Below are positions 1 to 9,426 of a DNA stretch of 64,000 nucleotides, one piece after another. This stretch comes from an uncultured Gammaproteobacteria bacterium (GTDB lineage Bacteria; Patescibacteriota; Microgenomatia; Levybacterales; GWA1-39-11), in the NCBI GenBank assembly GCA_964452165.1, contig CAYVKP010000001.1:332110-396109 (forward strand), in the 5' to 3' direction. The notes below the pieces were generated by a model that saw nothing but the letters and a program-made list of their open reading frames with translations, had not been told where the DNA came from and did not search any database. The position numbers were made by a program, and so were the translations under genes. Position 1 is the stretch's first letter. Every line of letters begins with the position of its first letter.

Positions 1-1
1 T

Positions 2-649
2 CTGCATTTTATTCCAACAATAAAACTTATTGGTGTAAGCGGAAGCCTCTCAATGGAGAACTGCGAAAGAAAAGATGATGTGGATTTATTTATTGTTACT
101 GACGGAAATGCTTTGTGGATAACTCGATTAATCGTAAGTTTGGTTCTTTCAGTCCTTGGAATAAAGAGGGACAGAAAAGATAATTTCGGTATAAACAAAA
201 TTTGCCCCAATATGTACTTGACCTTATCGTCACTATCAATTTCTCCAAATCTTTTCGCAGCGCACGAACTTTCTCAACTCAAAGTAATTTTCAATCGAGA
301 CTTTACCTACCAAGCACTTCTTGATAGTAATAGTTGGGTTAGCAAATTTATGCCAAACGTCTCGAAAACAAAAAATTATATTACTACCCAACCAAAGGAC
401 AATTTTCTAGTTTCATTTTTAGATCGTATATCGTACTATCTCCAACTAAAATATATGAAGGACAGAATTACAAAAGAGACAGTGACTCGGGACAAGGCAT
501 TGTTTCACCCCAGAGACAAAACTCATTTTGTGGAGGCTATTTTCGCCAGTAAATGCAAGGGTTATTTAGATTATCTTTCTCAACTAAAAGCTTCTTCTCA
601 AAGCACCTTTTCGGAGGCTCATCCGATACTCCAGGATATTGACATATAG
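2..649 (+). CDS. 5'-truncated nucleotidyltransferase-fold protein (CPR-type)
   Basis: The frame is open from base 2. GVSGSLSM...DDVDLFIV matches the GS...DxD pol-beta superfamily motif. Confidence 0.65.
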   Translation: MHFIPTIKLIGVSGSLSMENCERKDDVDLFIVTDGNALWITRLIVSLVLSVLGIKRDRKDNFGINKICPNMYLTLSSLSISPNLFAAHELSQLKVIFNRDFTYQALLDSNSWVSKFMPNVSKTKNYITTQPKDNFLVSFLDRISYYLQLKYMKDRITKETVTRDKALFHPRDKTHFVEAIFASKCKGYLDYLSQLKASSQSTFSEAHPILQDIDI

Positions 650-667
650 GTATGTATCCTGTATATA
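639..667 (+). promoter_or_regulatory. sigma70-type promoter of greA
   Basis: TTGACA at 639-644, 17 bp spacer, TATATA at 662-667. Confidence 0.5.
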
Positions 668-721
668 TAACAGGTCTATTAATTCCCCACGAAAAATCTT
701 TGAGTGGGGTTTAATGTAAAA

Positions 722-1195
722 ATGGATAAGAAAAAAGTTTACGTTACAAAAGAAGGACTCGAGGAGTTGAAAAGAGAGCTTGCTGTTCTCAACGACGAGA
801 AGAGACCTCAGGTGCTCGAGCGTGTATCTGCCGCGCGTTCTATGGGAGATCTGGCTGAGAACTCAGAATACACGGCCGCAAGAGAAGAGTTGTCTCTGAT
901 GGACGGAAGAATAGAAGAACTTTCTGAGATAATTAAAAACGCAGAGCTTATTGACGAAAATCACAAGTCGGGACGAGGAGCAATTGTTCAGCTTGGAGCA
1001 TTAATTACTGTTTCGGTTGGCGGCAAAAAAGAGGAATTCAGTTTGGTAGGTGAATGGGAAGCAGATCCAAAAAACAAAAAAATCTCGCATGAATCACCAC
1101 TTGGGAAAGCTCTTATTGGTAAAGCAATTGGTGAAAAAGTTGAAGTTGAAGCGCCAGCCGGGAAAGTCGTCTACACAATTGTTTCCATTCATTAA
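722..1195 (+). CDS. greA: transcription elongation factor GreA
   Basis: Motifs GDLAENSEY, EADP and ISHESPLGKALIG. ATG 722 is preferred over GTG 704, which lies inside a hairpin. Confidence 0.95.
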   Translation: MDKKKVYVTKEGLEELKRELAVLNDEKRPQVLERVSAARSMGDLAENSEYTAAREELSLMDGRIEELSEIIKNAELIDENHKSGRGAIVQLGALITVSVGGKKEEFSLVGEWEADPKNKKISHESPLGKALIGKAIGEKVEVEAPAGKVVYTIVSIH

Positions 1196-1239
1196 GTCTT
1201 TCTCTTAGACTTAGAATTCCCGATAGGTCAAGAAGCTAT

Positions 1240-2994
1240 ATGAATAATAATACCGGAGAAAACATCATTAAGAAAGATTTGTCAAAGTTTCCGGTTTCCC
1301 CAAATATTCCTGATTATGATTCTTTCCGTTCTAAATTTTCCTGGAAAGATGCTGAGCGTGAATTAGATTTTTTTGAGGATGGGACAATTAACGCCGCTTA
1401 TAATGCAGTAGATCGCCATGCGAAGGGATCAAAAGCAAAAAAGAATGCAATTTTATTCGAAGGAGCCAATGGGGCAAAAGAAAGTTATACTTATGAAGAT
1501 CTATCAAAACTATCAAATAAGTTTGCAAACGTTTTAAAAACTCAAGAAGTTTCTCGTGGCGACCGTGTCTTTATTTTCCTTCCTACAATTCCCGAGCGCT
1601 ATGTTGTTTTCCTTGGAATTCTAAAAACCGGTGCAATTGTCGGGACGATGTTTGCGGCGTTTCAAGAGATGGCACTTCTTGATAGACTTTCTGATTCGCA
1701 AGCAAAAGTATTAATAACAAATGAAGCTCTCTATCCAAGAATTGAAAAAATATGGGGACAGTTACCGAACCTTAAAAAAGTCATTATCGTAGAACGCGGA
1801 AGTGTAACGCACCCCAAAGGTGAGAAGATAGTCTCTTATGAAAAAGAAATGGAAAAAGCCTCAGAAGAATTCGATATCGCACACATGGAAAAACAAGAGC
1901 CTTCATATATGTTATACACCTCCGGAACTACAGGAAAACCCAAGGGCGTAGTCCACGCTCATTACGACGTTCTCCAGGCTATGATGACTACGAAATATGT
2001 GCTAGATGTTCACGAGGATGATGTCTATTGGTGTACTGCCGACGCGGGTTGGGTGACCGGAGTAGTATACGCAATTCTTGGACCTTTGACACTTGGAGCT
2101 ACTTCGGTAATTTTTGAAGGAAGGTTTAGCCCGCAAACTTGGTATACGGTGCTTGCGGATTACAAAGTGACGGTTTGGTACACGGCTCCAACTGCTATTA
2201 GAATGTTGATGAGTGCTGAAGTTCAACCCAAGGATTTTGACTTGTCTGTCCGTGCACTTTTTAGCGTAGGTGAACCGTTAAATCCCGAGGCAATATGGTG
2301 GGGACTTGAAGCTTTTGGCCTTGCTTTCCATGACACGTGGTGGCAAACAGAACTTGGCGGAATGGCAATTGTCAATTACCCCAGTATGGACATAAAACCC
2401 GGCTCAATGGGTAAACCCTTTCCGGGAGTAGAAGCTGGCGTAGTTGATGAGAGTGGAAAAGAAGTTGCTCAGGGTGAAGTGGGAAGCTTGGTATTAAAAC
2501 CCGAAACTGTTCCTTCAATCATGAAACAAATATGGAACAACAAAGAAAAATACGATTCATATTTTGCTAATGGTTGGTATATTTCAGGGGATAAGGCGTA
2601 TATTGACGAAGAGGGTTATTTTTGGTTTGTAGGAAGAGCAGATGATCTTATCAATACATCGGGGGAGCGCGTAGGACCTTTTGAAGTAGAAAGTGCGTTG
2701 GTTGAATATCCCGACGTTGTCGAAGCGGGAGTTATCGGTAAACCGGATCCTGTCAGGGGCGAAATAATCAAGGCATTCGTGGTACTTAAGCCCGGAGTTG
2801 AGGGGACGGATGAGTTGAAGGATAAAATTGCTAAATTCGTCAAGGCAAACTTGGCGGGGCACGCATATCCAAGAGAAATGGAATTCATTGATAAGCTTCC
2901 AAAAACTCGCTCGGGTAAAATTATGCGCCGTCTTCTTAAAGCAAAAGAATTAAATCTTCCGGAAGGCGACACTTCAACACTAGAGGACTATTAA
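1240..2994 (+). CDS. acsA: acetate--CoA ligase (AMP-forming), Bacillus AcsA-like
   Basis: Motifs YTSGTTGKPKG, WCTADAGWVTG, DTWWQTE and LPKTRSGKIMRR. Confidence 0.92.
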   Translation: MNNNTGENIIKKDLSKFPVSPNIPDYDSFRSKFSWKDAERELDFFEDGTINAAYNAVDRHAKGSKAKKNAILFEGANGAKESYTYEDLSKLSNKFANVLKTQEVSRGDRVFIFLPTIPERYVVFLGILKTGAIVGTMFAAFQEMALLDRLSDSQAKVLITNEALYPRIEKIWGQLPNLKKVIIVERGSVTHPKGEKIVSYEKEMEKASEEFDIAHMEKQEPSYMLYTSGTTGKPKGVVHAHYDVLQAMMTTKYVLDVHEDDVYWCTADAGWVTGVVYAILGPLTLGATSVIFEGRFSPQTWYTVLADYKVTVWYTAPTAIRMLMSAEVQPKDFDLSVRALFSVGEPLNPEAIWWGLEAFGLAFHDTWWQTELGGMAIVNYPSMDIKPGSMGKPFPGVEAGVVDESGKEVAQGEVGSLVLKPETVPSIMKQIWNNKEKYDSYFANGWYISGDKAYIDEEGYFWFVGRADDLINTSGERVGPFEVESALVEYPDVVEAGVIGKPDPVRGEIIKAFVVLKPGVEGTDELKDKIAKFVKANLAGHAYPREMEFIDKLPKTRSGKIMRRLLKAKELNLPEGDTSTLEDY

Positions 2995-3650
2995 ATAGAT
3001 TTATCAAACAAAGACTGAAGAACCGCAAAGGCCCTGTTTGTATTTTTCTCCTCGAGAACAATAGTAAGCTCTAAATAGGCCGAGACAATTTCCACTATAT
3101 TTATTCCTTCCCAAGCAAGAGATTTTAGAAAAAAGTAATATATGCCGGGAGTATTTATTGAGCTTTTCGGTAAGCGGACAGTGATTGCTGAAAGGTTATC
3201 AAATTCGACAAGAATTTGTTCGTTAGCAATAAGTTTTTTAATTTCTTCCTTCAGACTCTTACTGGCAATGATTGTGGATTCAAAATGGCCTTCGGTTATA
3301 GTGAAAAAGTGTTTTTCGCTAGTGTTGGAGAGCTTTAATAGAGCAGGATATATATCCATGAGCTTTTCAGAATTGGCCACAGTTATTTCAACCAGATTTG
3401 AGCGCACAATCATGTCCGGAGGTGCTGAAAATACGTCAAAAGGTACATATTTTGGCTTTATAGTCGCTGAAAGCCGCTTTAGGGCCATTAAGACCGCCGC
3501 ATTGCTTATTTTTTTATTTAACATGGCCTCGAGCTCAGGCTTAATGTACCGGGCTAGCGAGGAGAGGTTTATGATGTTTTTGGACATGGCCTCAGAAAGA
3601 TACCTGGATCTTGAAACAACTCTCTCCGTAGCCTCAGGAACTGTTATCAT
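2991..3650 (-). CDS. ACT-domain protein with N-terminal helical/HTH-like region
   Basis: C-terminal ACT motif TPGIYYFFLKSLAWEGINIVEIVSAYLELTIVL; N-terminal INLSSLARYI. Confidence 0.75.
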   Translation of the reverse strand: MITVPEATERVVSRSRYLSEAMSKNIINLSSLARYIKPELEAMLNKKISNAAVLMALKRLSATIKPKYVPFDVFSAPPDMIVRSNLVEITVANSEKLMDIYPALLKLSNTSEKHFFTITEGHFESTIIASKSLKEEIKKLIANEQILVEFDNLSAITVRLPKSSINTPGIYYFFLKSLAWEGINIVEIVSAYLELTIVLEEKNTNRAFAVLQSLFDKSI

Positions 3651-3687
3651 GCTTGTACTGAGTTCGAGAATATCATCTCGAGCGTAG

Positions 3688-3766
3688 TGTTAATATTTTA
3701 ACAAATAATACCAATCTTGTCAATAATATATAAAAATTTGACACAAAATCCCATCTTTCGTATACT
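3688..3766. promoter_or_regulatory. back-to-back consensus sigma70 promoters with a palindromic operator candidate
   Basis: Rightward: TTGACA 3738-3743, 17 bp, TATACT 3761-3766. Leftward: TTGACA (3723-3718), 17 bp, TAAAAT (3700-3695) with extended TG. Inverted repeat TGTTAA-TATT-TTAACA at 3688-3703. Confidence 0.7.
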
Positions 3767-3802
3767 TTACCACATTCGCTCATTTGTTTATATAATAAGA
3801 CT

Positions 3803-4891
3803 ATGAGCGCACAAGATATGTCAGCAATAGAAACGGGACAAAAATCTCCTCACGAATTCGTATCCAGTACGGGTAGACCCGGTGCTTCTTTAAGGTCTGA
3901 TAGAAGAGTTTACTTCAATGAACAAACGTATCCTACCGAAGCCGACAAATTTAGCTCAAATCTAGGCAGGCTTTTGACAATGCCTGATCGGCAGACAGGA
4001 GAAGCAGCGCGTACCAGAGCAGTTTACAAAGGAATAGTTTCAAACGATATTTTGACAGGGGTGCTTGCGGATCAAAATAGGAAAAATGATCTTGAGGTTT
4101 TGGTCCCCTTGGCAGATTTTGGAATGCCTGGTGCATCCCTTGCTTATTTTGGACATAATGCCGATGGCCGCTCTCCGATAGTTCCCAAAGAAACAATGAT
4201 TGAAGGCACAAGCGAACAAGTTAGACTCACCGATGAGGAGCCCCTCGCGAGAATAGAAGCAACGCTTTCTAAAGGCTACAAGTTTATAGACACGGTAAAA
4301 GAGGGGCAGGTTGATAGTTTGTATGAATTGTGGGGAAAGGCTTTTGGATGGGAGAAAGAACAAGTCGAAATTTTCAGAAAAAATCTCGCTCAGGACGCTC
4401 TGACTGCACCATCGGATAGGACGATTTGGTTTAGTGGAATAGAATATGAAGGTCAAATAGTAGGTGCCACAATGGGTCAGAAGCTGGATCTACCCGGAGA
4501 AAATGGAAATCTTACTTGTGTTGAAAGTACGGAATGGAGTATATCTAAGGATCATGGAAAAAGAGGAATTATGCCCGCCGCAATTTCTATGTTAAACGCC
4601 CAAGTGCTTACTTCATTAGGAGATAATCCAACACCATTTATATTTGCCGAATGTAACCTTGAGTCCTTCGCCAATGTTGTGGGACATAAAGCGGGGCTCG
4701 TAATTCCCGAGCGTGGTGAAAACGGATCGCAGGTCCCACAAATTCTGGTTCAAAACGTTTCTATAGGAGACAATGTGGAAGCAGCCCGTCCCTATAGAGA
4801 TTTTGCTTTTATGTACATGACACCAAAAGCGATAGAAACGTATTATAATGGAGATGCCAGAGGTAAAATGATGGCTTATCTTAGACAATGA
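3803..4891 (+). CDS. putative GNAT-fold acetyltransferase (AblB/YodP-like C-terminal domain)
   Basis: VESTEWSISKDHGKRGIM resembles GNAT motif A. The later FIFAECN and ILVQNVSIG parallel beta-lysine N-acetyltransferases. Confidence 0.5.
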   Translation: MSAQDMSAIETGQKSPHEFVSSTGRPGASLRSDRRVYFNEQTYPTEADKFSSNLGRLLTMPDRQTGEAARTRAVYKGIVSNDILTGVLADQNRKNDLEVLVPLADFGMPGASLAYFGHNADGRSPIVPKETMIEGTSEQVRLTDEEPLARIEATLSKGYKFIDTVKEGQVDSLYELWGKAFGWEKEQVEIFRKNLAQDALTAPSDRTIWFSGIEYEGQIVGATMGQKLDLPGENGNLTCVESTEWSISKDHGKRGIMPAAISMLNAQVLTSLGDNPTPFIFAECNLESFANVVGHKAGLVIPERGENGSQVPQILVQNVSIGDNVEAARPYRDFAFMYMTPKAIETYYNGDARGKMMAYLRQ

Positions 4892-5844
4892 ACCTCCCCG
4901 TAATTTACTCTCCGGAGCATAAAAAGCATAATCCTGAATTTGAAATTTACGACGGGGTAAAGGAAAAATATGTGGAAAAACCCGAACGCATAGAATCAAT
5001 CGTTGAAGCTCTTCGGGCGGAAGGTTTACGAGAATTTATTCTACCCAAAAGTTTTACGCGTGATCACATTGAAAAAATGCATCACTTCGCATATATCCAT
5101 TATCTTGAGAGACGTTGTGAGAAAATACCTGCTGAGGGAATACTTTATCCATCTTTTTTTATTACCGATACTTATGCGCCGGTTGTTAAGCAAACTTTTC
5201 ATGTTGCGGTCCAGTCGGTAAACATAGCTTTAACTGGAGCTGAAAAAGTGCGAGACGGTGAGAAATTAGTTTATTCGTTATGTCGTCCCCCGGGACATCA
5301 CGCTGAAAGAAGTAGTATGGGTGGCTATTGTTATTTCAATAACGCTGCAATTGCTGCCGATTTTTTGTCAGAGAAAGGGAAGGTCGCGATTTTAGACATA
5401 GACTTCCACCATGGCAACGGTACACAGGCAGTATTTTATGAGAGAAGTGATGTTTTGTACGTTTCAGTTCACGCAGATCCAATGAGGCGTTATCCTTACA
5501 AAACGGGTTTTGCAGATGAAAGAGGGAAAGACGCGGGCGAGGGCTTCAACAAAAACTATCCTCTCCCAATAGGTACTAGCGACAAAGACTACCTGCCAGT
5601 CCTCAGAAGTGCAATTGGGGACGTTGAAAAATTTGCCCCGGATTTTCTTGTTGTATCCTTGGGTTTTGACGCATACGAAAAAGATCCTATCGGCGGATTT
5701 CTCTTGAGCATCCCGTTTTATGAGACGATAGGGCAAGAAATTAAAAAATTGAACTATCCAACTCTTCTTGTTCAAGAAGGTGGTTATAATGTTGAGGATC
5801 TCGGAAAAATGGCTGTTAATTTCTTAAAAGGAATTGCCTCGTAA
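4888..5844 (+). CDS. histone deacetylase family protein (acetylpolyamine amidohydrolase-like)
   Basis: Motifs RPPGHHA, GYCYFNNAAIAA, LDIDFHHGNGTQ, SLGFD and QEGGY. Overlaps the upstream gene by ATGA. Confidence 0.92.
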   Translation: MNLPVIYSPEHKKHNPEFEIYDGVKEKYVEKPERIESIVEALRAEGLREFILPKSFTRDHIEKMHHFAYIHYLERRCEKIPAEGILYPSFFITDTYAPVVKQTFHVAVQSVNIALTGAEKVRDGEKLVYSLCRPPGHHAERSSMGGYCYFNNAAIAADFLSEKGKVAILDIDFHHGNGTQAVFYERSDVLYVSVHADPMRRYPYKTGFADERGKDAGEGFNKNYPLPIGTSDKDYLPVLRSAIGDVEKFAPDFLVVSLGFDAYEKDPIGGFLLSIPFYETIGQEIKKLNYPTLLVQEGGYNVEDLGKMAVNFLKGIAS

Positions 5845-5886
5845 GTCAGCCTCTCTAATTCAATCCCTTGATGATATAATTGGTTT

Positions 5887-7371
5887 ATGTTTTGGGTAGA
5901 TAAATTATTAGAAAATATAAAGGGACCTCAAGTTATCGAGGACGCATGGACCCCCTCAGGGATTGTTCACATGGGCTCTTTAAAAGGTCCTGTCATTCAT
6001 GATGCAATTTTTAAAGCCCTCCGCCAAAAAGGAGTAGAGGCAAAGTATATTTTTGGTTTCGACGATCTCGACCCGATAGATGGTTTGCCGGAAAATCTAA
6101 AGGCCACCCATGAGCAATATATGGGTATACCAATTAGTAATGTTCCAGCGCCAGACGGTAACGGAACATTTGGCGATTATTACGGAAATAAATTTAAAGC
6201 TTTATTTGATAGTCTTGATATAAAACCTGAGATATACAAAACATCAGAAGTGTACAAATCGGGAAAATTTGATAAGGCCATAAAAATAGTTTTGGACAAC
6301 GTAGAAAAAGTGCGGCAGGTTTACGCCGATACATACAAAAAAGAGATCTCGAAAGAATGGTTTCCATTGCAGGTTGTTTGCCCAAATTGTGGGAAATTAG
6401 GGACCACGAAAGTTACGGAGTGGGACGGGCAGGAAGTAAAGTATGAGTGTTCTCCTACCTTGGTCAAATGGGCTCAAGGTTGTGGTTCTACCGGCAAAAT
6501 TTCTCCATTTGGGGGTAACGCAAAAATGCCCTGGAAAGTTGAATGGGCATCGTGTTGGTATACGTTCGGCGTGACAATTGAAGGAGCCGGAAAAGATCAC
6601 GCATCAGCTGGAGGATCGTATGATATTGCAATGCAGATAATTGATAAAGTATTTGGTAGACCTAAGCCGCTGAAATTTGGTTATGAATTTTTCTTAACCG
6701 GTGGAAAGAAAATGTCATCTTCAAAAGGTCTTGGTTTGACAGGGGAGGAGTTACTTGAAATTTTAACTCCTCAAGCCGCACGGTTTCTTATGATAAAAAC
6801 CAAACCCGAGCAAGCCGTAGAATTTGATCCACGAAGTCTTGATGTTATTCCAAGAATTTACTCTGACTATCAGGCGGCATCAAAGAGCGAGGATGACGAT
6901 CACAGAGCCTTTGAATTGTCTCAAATCGGCGAAACTGAAAAAGTGCCCCAACTGAGCTTTTTGTCGCTTATACAATTGGTTCAAATGCCTAACGTAGACA
7001 ACAAAATAAAAGAACAGGATCTTAGCTATTGGGCTCCATATGCTCGTCGCTGGGTGGAGAAATATGCGCCCGAAAAAATCAAGTTTAGCGTTCAGGAAAA
7101 CTTGCCGGCCCAAGCAAAAACACTTACTCAGAATCAAAAAGAATTCCTTGGTAAAAAGTTACTCCCGGAGATTGATAAATCCCAAGACGCAGATGAATAC
7201 CAACAAAATATCTACGAATGGGCTAAGGAATTTGATTTGTCTTCGGCGGAAGCATTTGAAGCAATATACAAATCTCTAATTGGTAAAGATCATGGTCCAA
7301 AAGCAGCATGGTTAATATTCGAACATAAAGACTTGGTAAAAAAAAGATTTAAAGAAATACTTACCTCATGA
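5887..7371 (+). CDS. lysS: lysine--tRNA ligase, class I
   Basis: Motifs TPSGIVHMGS (HIGH-like), CPNCG, KMPWKVEW, GKDH and KMSSSKG. Confidence 0.93.
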   Translation: MFWVDKLLENIKGPQVIEDAWTPSGIVHMGSLKGPVIHDAIFKALRQKGVEAKYIFGFDDLDPIDGLPENLKATHEQYMGIPISNVPAPDGNGTFGDYYGNKFKALFDSLDIKPEIYKTSEVYKSGKFDKAIKIVLDNVEKVRQVYADTYKKEISKEWFPLQVVCPNCGKLGTTKVTEWDGQEVKYECSPTLVKWAQGCGSTGKISPFGGNAKMPWKVEWASCWYTFGVTIEGAGKDHASAGGSYDIAMQIIDKVFGRPKPLKFGYEFFLTGGKKMSSSKGLGLTGEELLEILTPQAARFLMIKTKPEQAVEFDPRSLDVIPRIYSDYQAASKSEDDDHRAFELSQIGETEKVPQLSFLSLIQLVQMPNVDNKIKEQDLSYWAPYARRWVEKYAPEKIKFSVQENLPAQAKTLTQNQKEFLGKKLLPEIDKSQDADEYQQNIYEWAKEFDLSSAEAFEAIYKSLIGKDHGPKAAWLIFEHKDLVKKRFKEILTS

Positions 7372-7919
7372 GTAAACTTCTATTTGCGACCAGTAGTAAA
7401 AATAAAGTCCGGGAGGCGAGTGATATTTTGGGGATTCCTCTTGAAATTGCAGAGCTAGAGCTGCCTGAAATTCAAAGTATGGATCTTGAGACGGTTGTTA
7501 GAAAGAAAGTTGAGGCAGCTTTTGAAATTCTAAAAAAACCGGTTATGGTGGACGATGTGGGATTTAAAATTGATGCATGGAATGGGTTTCCCGGACCATT
7601 TATAAAATACCTGCTTCATAGTTTGGGAAATAAAAAATTACTCCAGGTTTTAAAAGATGAAAAAAATAAAAAAATAGTTGCGCAGTGTGCGATAGGTTAC
7701 CATGACGGCCAGAAAGTGCACGTTATCATTGGTGAAATCAAGGGTAAGTTTACAAATGAGGAGAGAGGAAAAGACGGGTGGGGTTTTGATTTTTTTGTAA
7801 TACCCGAAGGACAAACCAAGACAATGGCAGAACTTGGATTTGAAGAAAAAAACAAGGTTTCACATAGACACGCAGCACTTGCAAAGTTCAAAGAATTTTT
7901 AGATAGTATTAAAAACTAA
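7368..7919 (+). CDS. rdgB: Ham1/RdgB non-canonical purine NTP pyrophosphatase
   Basis: Motifs ATSSKNK, DDVG, GFPGPFIK, GWGFD and KNKVSHR. Confidence 0.9.
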   Translation: MSKLLFATSSKNKVREASDILGIPLEIAELELPEIQSMDLETVVRKKVEAAFEILKKPVMVDDVGFKIDAWNGFPGPFIKYLLHSLGNKKLLQVLKDEKNKKIVAQCAIGYHDGQKVHVIIGEIKGKFTNEERGKDGWGFDFFVIPEGQTKTMAELGFEEKNKVSHRHAALAKFKEFLDSIKN

Positions 7920-7935
7920 ATGTTATAATCGGTGT

Positions 7936-9174
7936 ATGTTAGATATAAAATTTATTAGAGAAAACCCCGACAAAGTTCGCGATGGCGCAAAAAGCAAAAA
8001 TATTGACGTCAACATTGAACAGATCCAAAGTCTCGACGGAGAGTATCGCGAGCTTTCCAGCAGTCTCCAGGAATTATATGCTCAAAGAAATCGTGCAGCC
8101 AAAGAAAGAGATATTGATGGTGGACGAGAAATAAAAGGTGAAGTTGATTCAAAGGAAGGAAGACTTAAAGAAATAAAGCAAAAACTGGACGGACTGCTTT
8201 ATTCAATCCCGAGTCTCCCTGCAGATGATGTGAAGACAGGAAAGTCTGAGGAGGAGAATGATGTTGTCAAAACAGTTGGAGAACCAGCTAAATTTAATTT
8301 CAAGCCTCGTGATCATGTGGAGCTTGGAGAGATGCTCGACATAATTGATATTAATCGCGCTGTTAAAGTCTCAGGGGCAAGATTTGTTTATCTCAAAAAC
8401 GAAGGGGTTGCGCTTGAATTTGCCCTAGCCCAATTCGCTTTCGATACACTTGCGAAAGAAGGCTTTATTCCAGTTGTTCCACCAGAGCTTATTAAGACTG
8501 AAACAATGAAGAAGTTGGGATATATGGAGCAGGGAGGCGCTGAGGATATGTTCCACATCGAAAAAGATGGATTAACACTTGTTGGGACTGCGGAGCATTC
8601 AATTGTTGCGATGCATATGGACGAGACATTCCTTGCTCGTAATTTGCCACTCCGATATGTTGGTTTTTCATCTGCTTTTCGTCGCGAAGCGGGTTCTTAT
8701 GGAAAAGACACAAGGGGAATTTTGAGAGTCCATCAGTTTGATAAAGTAGAAATGGTTTCGTATGCGACAGAAGAAAACGCTGACAGGGAGCATGACTTCC
8801 TTCTTTCAATCGAAGAAAAGTTTTTCCAAGAGCTAGGCATTCCTTATCAAGTTATTAAAATGTGCAGTGGAGATCTGGGATTTCCGGTCGCCAGAAAATA
8901 TGATATTGAGGCTTGGGTGCCGACACAGGAAAAATACCGCGAGGTAACTTCCGCATCGACAACAACTGATTTTCAATCAAGGCGTCTCAACATTAAGTAT
9001 CAAGAAGGTTCGGAAAAAAAGTTCGCTCACGTCCTAAATGGAACGGCTTTTGCAATCGGGAGAACTCTTATTGCAATTTTAGAAAATTATCAACAAGAAG
9101 ATGGGACAGTTATTATTCCGGAAGTTTTGAAAAAATATACAAAAATTGACAGAATTTCCCCCAAAAATAGGTAA
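7936..9174 (+). CDS. serS: serine--tRNA ligase
   Basis: MLDIKFIRENP start; motifs GTAE, FRREAG, RVHQFDKVE and LNGT. Confidence 0.96.
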   Translation: MLDIKFIRENPDKVRDGAKSKNIDVNIEQIQSLDGEYRELSSSLQELYAQRNRAAKERDIDGGREIKGEVDSKEGRLKEIKQKLDGLLYSIPSLPADDVKTGKSEEENDVVKTVGEPAKFNFKPRDHVELGEMLDIIDINRAVKVSGARFVYLKNEGVALEFALAQFAFDTLAKEGFIPVVPPELIKTETMKKLGYMEQGGAEDMFHIEKDGLTLVGTAEHSIVAMHMDETFLARNLPLRYVGFSSAFRREAGSYGKDTRGILRVHQFDKVEMVSYATEENADREHDFLLSIEEKFFQELGIPYQVIKMCSGDLGFPVARKYDIEAWVPTQEKYREVTSASTTTDFQSRRLNIKYQEGSEKKFAHVLNGTAFAIGRTLIAILENYQQEDGTVIIPEVLKKYTKIDRISPKNR

Positions 9175-9325
9175 TTTACACTTTTTAATTTTTCCCCATT
9201 TGACAATCTAAATTGCTACTTTTGAAGCAAGGTATTTTTCTTGACAAATCGTTCTTTTTTTTACACGATTAATTCATACCTAATTTCGATTTTATCGTCG
9301 AAATGAAGGGAGGTGTTCAACCAAC

Positions 9326-9361
9326 ATGGCAAAGAAGAAAAAAGCAAAGAAAAGGAAATAA
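9326..9361 (+). CDS. 11-aa lysine-rich micro-ORF MAKKKKAKKRK
   Basis: Sequence ATG GCA AAG AAG AAA AAA GCA AAG AAA AGG AAA TAA, preceded by the strong SD GAAGGGAGGTG (9305-9315). TTGACA lies upstream at 9241. Confidence 0.6.
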   Translation: MAKKKKAKKRK

Positions 9362-9426
9362 GTTAGAGTAATCTAACTTATTCCGGTTGGATTCCGTGTG
9401 AACGGAATACCAATTGATCAAATGGT

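Noticed and set aside
5887-7371. Class I LysRS as a novelty
   Set aside because: Class I LysRS is already known from scattered bacterial lineages. It is noted only as context for the neighbouring deacetylase module.
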